NCBI GenBank assembly: GCA_028023455.1
Contig: JAQFVV010000008.1
Span: forward strand, 16,988,001 to 17,052,000
Length of the DNA: 64,000 nucleotides
Reading direction: 5' to 3'
DNA from: Epiperipatus broadwayi
Lineage: Eukaryota > Animalia > Onychophora
Made by a program: the position numbers and the translations under genes. Below, one piece after another: positions 38,701 through 50,038 of this stretch (within the stretch, counting starts at the first letter, position 1; every line of letters begins with the position of its first letter). Below the pieces are notes generated by a model. It was not told the DNA's origin and did no database searches. It was given only the letters and a program-made list of their open reading frames with translations.

Positions 38701-41700
38701 ATGACATTGCAAGGCATATCTGCAATGCTCATCAAAGTTGTATATCTACAAGCAAGGGTTACTACATTCTGATGACTAATTTCATGCTCATATCATGAGG
38801 GACATACACAGGTACTTCAATTGCTACATAATGATAATCTAGACATTGTATGCATGAAAACCTTGATATGATATTATGTTTTGTGACTTAATTGAATCAC
38901 GAAATTGAGCAGCCAATAAAAAACAGGTACAAATGCTAGCCAATAGTGAATTTTCTGAAAAAGATGTTTGAAACTTGAGATGAGTCAAAAAAATCTATAT
39001 CAGAGAATTCACATAGATCATGCCATTCCAATAAATGAATATCTAATATCTGTCATTCATTAATTACTCAACATGGGCTAAGTACAAGCTCATAAGAAAT
39101 ACTAGCATGGAGTATACAATTAGAAACTTCTTACAAACTCTTTGCTAATCAGTATTATTCAGAAGCTTTGATGACCAACAATGGAACTGGATTTACCTTT
39201 ATGGAGTTTATGAAATATATGGCTGATAAAGGAATACACCATATTTTGACTCTATCTTATCATCCATAATCAAATGTATTGGCATAGATGGCAGTGTAAT
39301 AGTTAAAGTTGAAACTTAAGAAAACTTTGTCTAAAGATGTAAAAGAAGCATTGATCGAAGTCATGTTTTACCAATAATTCATCTCAAATGCATCAACTTT
39401 GAAAACACCAGCAAAATTATTGTAATGAAAATGTCACACTCACATCTCAAAGTTATTGCCAATGGACAATGTGATTCTTAAAAACACTTTAAGATGGGGA
39501 GAATTCCAAAGTTGACTTTGGAAAATTTAAAACTGGTGAACAAGTTTGGGCTAAAGATATGTTAAAAAGAAAATGGATTCCTGGTGTGATAATCAAATTA
39601 GTATCTAAAGTCATTATAATAATCAAGTTAGATAATGGACTACTTATGAGGAAACATTATCTACAGTCTCATCAGATTGATAAGTCAAATGTAATTAATA
39701 ATCAATTTTCATTAGCCAATAAAAATTGCATCTAATGAAAATGATGAGCATGGATATTTCTGCAGCAGTTTAAACATGGAAATGCCCACTGTCAGTCAAG
39801 TTTAGTGAAACAAATAAAGAATAACATGAATAATAGCAGAAACAAATGAGGACATTTTATTGTCAAGATGACCAGATCAAGTGGATATAATCATGAATTA
39901 TGATGAAGAAAGATATCTTTGCCTAGACATACAAGAAATTAAAAAAGACCGAGAGACTAAAAGCTTATTTTCTAAAATGAAGGGAGGTGTGGACTGTCTG
40001 TGCGCATATCTCTATATATATTTTATGTAATTTCTTTAACATCATCTCTTTCTACATATATATATATATTATGTAATTTCTTTAATATCATCTCTTTTCT
40101 TTGCAATTGTAATCTTAAACATATAAATGTTCAGACATTTATAAAGAAAAGGTAGATTATTTTAAAAATTGGCTTTATTCATGCTGATCATGCTTTCAGT
40201 ACAATGCATATCATAATCATAGCTATATTGCATTACTATTATTGGTGGTATTTAAGTATACTTTCTTATATTTAAAATCATTTTAATTTGTTGTGTAGTT
40301 ATGTAAATTTTATTTGAAATCTTCTTAGAGAGACCATTTCTTCGAGTAGGAGTGCTAGTATCTTTTTTATTTATCACAAAATGATCTTTGGCTATGGTAC
40401 AAGCCTCTTTAATTTTTCTTTTTTATCCTCTTTTGCTTTCGATTTTCGAATTTATGACCAGGGTATTGTTCATGTTCTATGAAAATGGAAGAATATTTGT
40501 TACTTCTTTTAGCTCTATTATAAAGATAGTTGTGTTGGGCCAATCTTGTATATAGATTGGTTTTTGATTCACCATAATGCAATTGGCTTGAGTGGAAGAG
40601 ATTTTGCAAACTATTTGATGATTTAACTTGGAGGACAATTTATCTTTCAAATTGTTTAGTAAGTTATTTAAAGCTGGTGGGACGGAAACAAAAGCTTATA
40701 TTAAATTTCTTTGAACAAATTCTTTTTAATTTGCTAGAAATTTTTGGTACATATGGTGAACTTATTCATTTCTTAGTATTTTAGCCTGCAGCAGTTTTTT
40801 TCATTTTGTGGTAGAATCTATTAATCAGACTATAAATTTTATTAATATTGTATCCCATATTTTGTAGATCCTTATATATGCAACTATGTTATTTTTTCAA
40901 TCAATTTCGAATTTACACAATTTTGTATTCCTATGTAAAAAGCTTTTAATTCCAAAAAATTTGTGGGGCATGGGTGTTTTTGATTTGGGGTGGAAATGGT
41001 TTTAGCTGTCTTTGAACATAAAGATCCAAGAATTTTATACTTTGATTCTTATCTTCTTTATTGATAGTCCAGATTAACGAAAATTCCTGTTTCAAATTGT
41101 GATGAATATCTATGATTTGAGTGACAGTTGTGCATAATATTGTGTTATCTAATATATCTGAAGTTAAGTATGTTGGAAGGTGGGAAAATATATTTAGAAA
41201 GAATTTTATTTTTGATGTTTGTTAAGTAAAGGCTACATATAAATGCTAGTGAATGGAAGGCCCATTGGCCATCCATATTGCATATGATAATATTTCCCAT
41301 AAGAAACTGCAACAATATCCTCACTGATCCATTTCACTGTTTCTATTATGAACTCTTTTTTATGCACATTATAGTAGACATTTTGTAGCATTTCATAAAT
41401 ATATTTTATAGATTGTAAACAAGACAAGGAACTCTTTAATATCTAATGATGCTATTTTGTAGTTATTGTGAATTTTTATGTTTTCAATCTTATTTACAAA
41501 TTTATAAGACGATTTGACTGTGTATGTGCCAAAGCCTAATTCTTCAGTTAACTAGGTTGCAATCATTTTTACCCATTATAAAAGTATGATCCTCCAAAAT
41601 TTATAATAAGTCTTAATGGGCTGTTCTCTTTGTATAATTTTATATTCACCAATATCCTTGGTACCATTACAGCTGATGGGTACATTTTGAAATATTCGAT

Positions 41701-43322
41701 TTTTGGTAAATGCTTTTCCGCAGTGTTTTCTAAGTATGGATGAGATAAATTTATCGTTTTTATATTTTAAATTACAGGAACCTATTTGATTACATTTGAG
41801 ATTATTAATTTGCTGGTTCAATCTCTCTTTATAATCATCTTTATTGAGTAAAATGAGATGATTGTCCTTGTCTTTTTTTAAAACATATCAATTCTTTCTT
41901 GTGAATATATTTATGAATATTATTTATTTCATTAGACCAACTGTCTTTGTTAATTCCTTTAATGAACTTATTGCTTTACTGATATTTTCAATTATTTTGT
42001 CTTTAGAAGGGCAATTCTCAAATTTTGATTCAATATCAGCAATAATGTCAATTTTTGGATTTTTTCCATGCTCTCCTACAAATTTAGAGCCGTTGTTGAA
42101 AGTATTTTCCATCATTTCTAGGATTTTGTGGTTTGACAGGTTGACCCAATTGTCATTGTGATTCACTGATTTTAATTCATGGTGTTGTTTATTGGCTAAA
42201 AAATACAATTTCTTGTCATATTTGTTCTTTAAAATACTAGCCAATCAATTGCATTTTATATTAATATCTTCAGGTACTACATTTGTCTTCTTTCATCCAT
42301 TTTAATTGCTCTATTACAACCTTGAATAATAATTTCAATAAAACTTCTTTAAATTTTAATATTTTTTCACACTGAATGATTGATTTCTTGATATATACAT
42401 GGCAACAATCGGCAATACCTTTAATTGGAGACATTTTTTCAAAAATATGTGTTCATATTTTTTAGTTAAATTCTTAAATATTTCAAGCAAAGATTTCCAT
42501 TTACTACATAATTCCTTTAATATTTTATCTATTTTCTTTGCACTTATATTTTTAATCATGTAAATGTTCAGACATTTTAAAGAAAAGGTTGATGATATAT
42601 TATTGTAAAAATTGGCTTTATTCATGCTGAGCATGCTTTCAGTGCAATCCATACCATAATCATAGCTATATTACATTTCTATTATTGATGGTATTTAAGT
42701 ATAATTGCTTATATTCAAATTGATTTTAATTCGTTGTAGTTAAATAAATTTTATTTGAAATATTTTTAGAACCTATTTCTTTGAGATATGTAAATAAAGT
42801 TATTGAAACTGTGTGATACCATGCAGATAATATATTATTATTATAACTTCTATATTAATATGCACTCTAGAAAATTAGTACATAGTATTAAGATATTGAA
42901 TAGTTAATGAAAATATGCCAATAAGCCCCATTTATATAAAAATGAACAGATATAGCCTGCAAGCTTAGGAGAGAAAATTAAGTATAGGTTAAAGTGAGCT
43001 GTGTGAGTAGGCTTGCAATGCAGATATAAGTAAAATTAATCAGCTAGTGGTGAAGACAGATTAAAGTAGATGTGAAATTGTCATTATAAAAGTTATCATA
43101 TTCATGTGTGAAACATCCGTTGCTATGAAACTTGTGGATAATCTATTCCCATACAACAAACATTTATTGTTAATTATTTTCAAGAATAAAATTAACACTT
43201 ATTTTATTTATTTCATTACATGGGAATAAATTATTTGTTGAGTTTCGTGTCATTGCATTCTTTATTTATTTTAACAATTGATGTTTACCCAGCAGTTTTC
43301 ATTTAACAAACCCCAGGATACA
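35747..43322 (+). mobile_element. Decayed full-length Ty3/Gypsy (Mag/K02A2.6-like) retrotransposon; 3' LTR interrupted by a Penelope element
   Basis: The 5' LTR is 35747-36294. The 3' LTR is 39988-40030 plus 42787-43322 and follows the PPT GAAGGGAGG. Remnants include a double zinc knuckle (~36870-36960), protease VDSG, RT KLDGTTHFCGDY, RNase H TDAS and LAVYDYELVYKP...DALS, and an integrase with a W.PG.I tail. Confidence 0.9.
40031..42786 (-). mobile_element. Penelope-like retroelement (RT plus GIY-YIG), decayed, with pseudo-LTRs
   Basis: RT remnants YYHMQYGWPMGLPF and FRYLDN; GIY-YIG remnants VCKI...HYGESKTNLYTRLAQH and RKIKEA. Direct repeats lie at ~40120-40335 and ~42558-42786. A probable 7-bp TSD TATGTAA is at 40024-40030 and 42787-42793. 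Confidence 0.9.
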
Positions 43323-43419
43323 TAGCAATATTTTATGTAAAAACAAAATCTAGTAGACAAAAGGCTGAATCTTCTTTGCAATTTTAATTCAGAAATCACT
43401 CTTGCTCTTTAAGTTTTCT

Positions 43420-46095
43420 TGTCTATCTGCCTGGATTACAGACTCAACCTACAGAAAATAATACTAACACCAGTATTATAATTAATATAATATTTGTTAT
43501 ATTTACAAATATATACAATACAGAATATTTCTAATGTGAACTCTTGGATCTGAGTCTTCACAATCTACCACTTCTAGCTACACCTGATAGCTTGCATCAT
43601 GGGTAGGGAGAACTACTCTTCTGGCTGTGTCAGACAGCTTGCCTTGATGTGGCAGTAGTCTTAGCAGTGTCCGTCCTTATGTGGACTTGCCTAGCTGCAT
43701 GGACAAATAGCATATTGCTATCGTATGAATGCTTACTGCTGTTTAGGCTAGCAAGGCTTTTCTTGGAGAATGTATACTATCCTTGTAGGTTAGATAAATG
43801 TTCTCTATCTTTTCCTCCAAAAGACTGACTATTTATTGCCAAGTCCCTAACCTCACAGGAGCATTTGGATTCAGCGATCATAGTTGCTTATTGGCCTGTA
43901 GTAATCATTGGCTATGTGTTTTTCTGTACATCAGCATAACATACTCAATTCGATCAGATAAAGAAGGAATCTGGAATAGTCCACTTCTGAGGGAAAGGGG
44001 AACTATAACACCCCTCTCCCCAGGCTAAAAATTAGCCCTAGAGAACATAGTCATGCAAGTGTGCTGGAGGATGACTAATCCGCTTTGGTGCTTCTTCTGG
44101 TTTGCAGTCTTTGGTTTGCTGGTCCTCCTTGCTTGCAATCCTTGTCCCTGGAGATTCATTCATTGTAGCTGCATCTTTATAATCCAATCTAAGTTGATTC
44201 TGATGGTGATGATGTTGACATCCATCTTCTGTTTTGACTACAATGGTGTGGAGACTGCTGGGATCCATTTAGTGGATCCACTAAATCTCCAGCATAGCAC
44301 ATTAGTTCCTATTCGTAATTTGATGTTGTCATTTTCTTGTTTTCCATCATTTGGATCAGGTTTCAGAGCTGATAATCTAGTTCGCAAAGTTCTATTAAAA
44401 AGTAGTTCAGCTGGAGTTTTTCCAGTTGCTGTACTCGGTGGAGAGTGCTGTTATAACAGCATTCTGGCAGTACAGGTTTCCAGCTTCCTGTGTCTATCTT
44501 TGTGAGCACTTTTTTAGTTTCTTGAACCAATCTCTCAGCCTGACCATTGCTTTTAGGATGAAATGATGGGCTGAAAACTAGCTCAATGCCATTATTGTCA
44601 CAAAAGTTATTAAATGCCACTGCAGTAAATGCTGTACCATTATCTGACTATAATTTTAGGAAGGCCATGGGTAGCAAATAGCCTCCTAAAAGGTTCTATT
44701 GTTGCAGTGGTCTGGAGTGATGGAACTTCCACTACCTCCAGCCACTTAGAATACAAATCAACTACATTTAATAGTAGTTTGCTTTTCCATGGGCAAGCAT
44801 GGTCCACATGGAGTTTATTCCCAAAGCTTTCAGGTTTAGGCCAATGAATTGTTTTATCTTTCACTGGCATGTTCTGATTCACTTTGCAATGCCAGCAGTG
44901 GTGGACTTCAGACTTAATATCTGTGTCCAATGTTGACCACCATACATATGACCTTGCTAGCATCTTCATTTGGATTATCCCTGGATGCCCATTATGTAAC
45001 AGATTGAGCATTTGGGGATCTTCATGCAACTGAGGGAATTATTACTTTGGATCCCCAGCTAATACAGCCATTTTCAATTGAGAGCTCTAGCCTTTGTGTC
45101 CAGTAGGCTGGATGCAACTCCTCTGGTTTCTTATTTGGCCACTCCTGCTGGATCCATTTTTGAACTTTTTGGAACCCAGGACCATTTGCGGGTCCACTCA
45201 GCCAATGATTTACTGTTCAGTGATGTATTTGTCCACAAATCAATCATGTTAAGTCACCTGTAGTTAGCTTGTATATAAAAGATTAGACATTCTTTGTAGC
45301 TTGACCAGTTCTAGGGGCAACCTGGGTCAAAAGCTTCCATTGAACCAATTATATTAGCCATTCTTTATTTTTCTCTGGTATATCGTAAGAAAAATATTTA
45401 TTTATTGTGAGTAACCACTTAATACTGTTATTTTTGAGACTTTACTTCACTAGGGCGAGCTTGTCTTTTTAGAATGACCAATTTTGATTGTTTTATAAAC
45501 AACCAATAGCATTTGCAATCAATTTCCTTAACCGCCTTGGGAAAAATTAACTTTTTCTCAATATGCTAAATCTGTTTTTTTATTTGGACTGCAATGAGAT
45601 ATTTAATTATCCTCATAAATAAATATGACAAATGTCTGTAATTGTGTATTTGGTATTTTACTTTTTATTTTCCCAGCAGTGGAGGAAAAAATTTATGACT
45701 GTGTCAAACTCAGTTAGCTTGGACAGACGTATATGTTTTTCCAGGCATGGGAAAAAAATTCTTTAGTTGTACTGCACCAAGAACCTGTTGGTTTGAACAG
45801 TATTTAAGTGTGATTTAATAATCACCGATTCATAACTTAATAAGTGTCTATAAAATGCACACTCATGTATTTACGCTCTTGTTTTTCCAGCCATGAGGAA
45901 AAAAAATTCTTTTGTCTGACTGCGCCAAAAATCTGTTGTGCTTGATCTGTATTACAGACCCAACCTACAGAAAATAATACTAGCACCAGTATTATAATTA
46001 ATATAATATTTATTATATTTACAAATATATACAATACAGAATAATATATGTAATGTGAACTCTTGGATCCGAGTCTTCACAATCTACTACTTCCT
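43420..46095 (-). mobile_element. Internally deleted Ty3/Gypsy (Mag/K02A2.6-like) element
   Basis: The 3' LTR is 44010-43420 after the PPT GGGGAGAGGGG. A partial 5' LTR is at 46095-45934 and the PBS TGGCGCAGTCAG is at 45927-45916. The gag start EAFDP...W.SY is fused to integrase LHNGHPGI..MKMLARSYVWW, LHVD, VVDLYSKW, HGLP and HPKSNGQAER. Confidence 0.9.
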
Positions 46096-46171
46096 TACTC
46101 TATCATTCATATTTATTTTGTTATTTGCCAAGCAGAGATTGCTATACTTCTTTTTCGATAAATCAATAATA

Positions 46172-46804
46172 AACATTTATTTTTATATAGCGCATGTTTA
46201 CAATTGTATTACATTCAAATATCAGCCTTTCAAGCTAATTGTGCATGCGCTTTATGCGAGTATTAATAATAAATGAATACTTTCCTCTTCAATACAAGAC
46301 CAGTATTTCAGATTTGCTCATATATAAGAATTTGAGTTGAAGGAATAAGTGGATTCATTTTATTCCTGCATAAATACTATATTTTGTATTGGAAAGTATT
46401 CATTTATTATTAACACTTGCATAAAGCGCAAGCACAATTAGCTTGAAAGGCTGATATTTGAATGTAATACAATTGTAAACATGCGCTATATAAAAATAAA
46501 TGCTTATTTACATATGATTAAGTTTCAGTTAGAGTGACATTTAGTAAATTCTAGACAATTTCACCGACGTCATTCATTCAGACATCATAAATAGTAATTT
46601 AAAGTGAGTGGTCTATCCTCACGCTTTCCTTGCCAGTACTTCAGATTTGCTCATATATAAGCATTTGAGTTGTAGGAATAAGTGGATTCATTTTATTCCT
46701 GCATAAATACTATATCTTGTATTGGAGAAGAAAGTATTCATTTATTATTAACACTCGCATAAAGCGCATGCACAATTAGCTTGAAAGGCTGATATTTGAA
46801 TGTA
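46172..46804 (+). mobile_element. Short non-coding retroposon: partial tandem plus inverted arm
   Basis: Layout is A(inverted)-B-A-C-B-A, with a 14-bp TSD ATAAATCAATAATA (46158-46171 and 46805-46818). Another fragment is at 3801-3896. Confidence 0.8.
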
Positions 46805-47229
46805 ATAAATCAATAATATAATTATTGGCAGAATGCAGAACCAAAAAAGATAAAATTTCACATCCATAATATACTTTTTAAGAAAATTCCATGTCTCAGT
46901 AATGTGGTAATTTTGAAAATCTAAGTTGGCAATTGAAATTTTGTGTAGCATTTGCTTTTAGAATTGGGGATTGATTATCATATTAACTCTGAATTGTAAC
47001 AACATATGACTTTTCCGATAACCTACATTTATAGTTGATTGCATAGCAGTGACTAATTTATTTTATGGTAATTTTTCTGCTCAAACAAAATGTTTATATG
47101 AAAAAAATGCATTTTATTTATATTAAATTGAAAATATTAACAAAGGTTAAGAGGTTTTTCACTGTATTTTCTGAGGCTAATATTGGAGAATAAAGATTAT
47201 AAAATGATTCTTGGGTGCAATTTAATTTT

Positions 47230-47460
47230 TATCTGGTAATTAATGAATAGTTTCAAATAACAACTTTATTCATGAATATACTCAGAAAAGGTAGTTTTTT
47301 CAATATTTAGCTTTATTACTGTCTAGCGTGCTTTTAATATATCATACTCATGGTCATGAATATGATGTACTGAATATATTGAAAGGGTGCTAAGTTGTAA
47401 TAAAGCTAAATATTAAAAACTGCCTTTTTTGTGAGTATATTCATTAATTATCAGATATTA
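47230..47460. repeat. Imperfect inverted repeat
   Basis: GAATATACTCAGAAAAGGTAGTTTTTCAATATTTAGCTTTATTAC pairs with GTAATAAAGCTAAATATTAAAAACTGCCTTTTTTGTGAGTATATTC. Confidence 0.55.
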
Positions 47461-48816
47461 CATTGGTTCAGAAAAAAAGAAAATTCAATTTTTAATATCT
47501 TTAGTTGAATTCAATTTTTAATATCTTTAATCTTTCATTAACACATTTAGAATTTCAAGAATAAAAGATGCTAAGGTAAATCTCTTAACAAATCAATTGT
47601 ATGTAATCTTTTTGCACCCAATGATCTATTCTTTCAACAAAAAAAAACTTATAATCATATACCTATCCAATTAAATTTATTGAGTTTTACTAAAATAAAT
47701 AGTATCAAACATAAATCTTGAAACTTATTAGTTACAAGAAATCTTGTATATACAAATCAAAAAGCAAAGTTCACATAAATATAACTTTAAAACCATTAGA
47801 AATTCTTATCAGCTTTACAATTCCTGATATTTCTACTGATTTGAAGAGCAATATGTGTTGCATAGAATCTAACAATAATTCTACTCTTCTCTAAATTCAT
47901 CCACATTTATGAAATGTAAAGGGTTCCTCAAATAGTTTTTCAAAGATTGTTGTTTTTATTAAGCAGTGATGATTTCCCTTGTGGAAACCTACTTAAGTAT
48001 GGATTAAGTCAAAGATTACTAAGTTTACCTAATAATGATACAAACAACAACTTTTCAAGCATCCACTTTCTACTGAATATTTAAATTATAATCAGATGTC
48101 AATTATATAATCCTAAACTTAATAATGCTAACTTGGAAAGTGTCAACATTTAAAACATGAAGTGAGAAAAAATTGATTTTTCAAAACATGGAACAAAAAA
48201 TAAAAAAAATGTGACAATATTATTAAAAAACAAGCCTCCATTGAGAAATTACATTCAGCAGATAGAAATCTTTAAATGCATTATTTTTTAAAAAAATACA
48301 GTTTTTTAAAGATATTCTGTTAAAAGTATATTCTTTATGAAATATAGAAAAAAATAATAGACCGCTAACATTAAAAAATTATTATCAGATATTTTGTTTA
48401 TTATCAATGTAGTCACAAGCCTTATGCATGTTGTTAATAATTCATAAGTAGTTAAAGCTGTAACATGACCCCTTATCACAGATTATAAAATCCAGTATTT
48501 TAATAAACAATGGTGATCAATTTTATATACTAAAAATGACCAGTAGAGGCATGCTTGTAATAATACTATCTGCATTTTAATTTGTGTGATAATGTCTGTT
48601 CTGTTTTAGCAAAATAAATGCAATGTATACTTTATATGAATAAGTCAATTTATAATTAATATGTTAGAATCTTATGTGAGCCTATAATAAAAAGACTTTT
48701 GTGTGAACTAGATGTAAATTTTAATTGTGCATATACAATTTTGTTTTTAAATAAAATAATATAAACAAAAACATTCAAATATTTTTTATATAAGTAATAA
48801 TAAATTGAAAACAAAC

Positions 48817-50038
48817 CTGAGCCTATCAGTGGTAGTGCTATTGTTGACCAACCCTTTCTTTGAATTTCTTTCAAACATTTTTCCATTAATTTCTTTAATT
48901 TCTTACAATTTGTATCTTTATCATTTGTGTCTGCAACAACAACATGAATAATATTTTTACAAAATTGTAAACCAGCACGAGTTACAACAACATTTCCTGG
49001 CTGAACTTTTCCATTCTTTTTAATATAATTTTCACAAGCATCTTGGATACTAGAATCTTTACTTGCATTAAAAATGTCTTTTGAAACGCCTCCGGTAGGG
49101 TATAATTCACTATTTGAAGAATTCATAATCGCATCAGCATGTTCTTTAGTTATATCACCAAAGCAGATGCGTACTTTAACAATACTATTAAAAATAAACT
49201 CATCTTTAATTTCATTAATGGAATAGGAAGATTCTTGATAAGACAAAGTATTTGGTAGAGAAAGGTGTGCATCACTATAGTCAGAGTGGGCTTGTTGTTG
49301 TTTATCTATAGAGTTCTTTTTTTTGTAATAATATGAATAATTTTGTTCTTCATTATCAGATAATTTTTCTTTCTTTTTGTTATAATGAGAATAATCTTGT
49401 TCTTCATAATCAGAGAATTTTCCTTTCTCAGAATATATATTTTTTTCTTTATAAACATTGAAAAATTCAAAATTATTTTCTTTTTTTTCATCAGCAAAGG
49501 GGTTTGAATGAAGATTATCTTTATGGTTAAATAGAGCATAATTCCTATTTTGCTTATTGATAGCATCATTTGATGAATCCTGAGACACATCTACTTTATC
49601 TAATTGAATTGTATTAAGCTCATGTTTGAATTCAGCTATATTCCCTTTTCGAGCAGTTATGTGTAACATATGGTTATCACTGTCAACTTGCAAAAAGGTT
49701 CTAATTAAAATATTAAGCAACTGCCTAGATTGCCTACTCTGAAGAGAGGACCAATAATCTTTGGAGACATCTAATGAAGTTGTTTGACTATTGCTAAATG
49801 TATTTGAAACTGATTCTGTTGGTATTTCATTTACTGATTTTAAAAAAAAAAGTTTAAATTTTTTTAAATCATTCCATTTTCCAGTAACTAACCATTTATT
49901 TGAAGTTTTGCCTATAGTGAATAAAATGTTGTAAGTCTTAGTTAATTTTCTAATGCAGAAAGAAAAGGTTTGCTCCTGAAAATCTGCATATTTTTGCAAA
50001 AGTTCACTTTCAACTGTCATCTCATTTTCGAGCCTCAT
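48817..50038 (-). CDS. Large coding exon of a PARP14/9/15-like macrodomain protein
   Basis: A 1222-bp open frame runs from the TTTTGTTTACAG|ATG acceptor to the TCAG|GTTTGT donor. It encodes GDITKEHADAIMNSSN...TGGV...GNVVVTRAG..CKNIIHVV...TIALPLIGS, a typical macrodomain. Joined to 4801-4209 it gives 604 aa, provided no upstream coding exon exists. Confidence 0.9.

Larger units (their letters stand above)
4802..48816 (-). other. Inferred 44,015-bp phase-1 intron of the macrodomain gene
   Basis: GTTTGT donor at 48816-48811 and TTGTAG acceptor at 4807-4802. Reading frame and domain motif join exactly. No other host-like exon was recognised between them. Confidence 0.75.

Noticed and set aside
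48656-48816. C-terminal 53 aa of the 460-aa ORF
   Set aside because: This is intron read-through after the GTTTGT donor. It is low-complexity Y/I/F-rich sequence that breaks the macrodomain fold.
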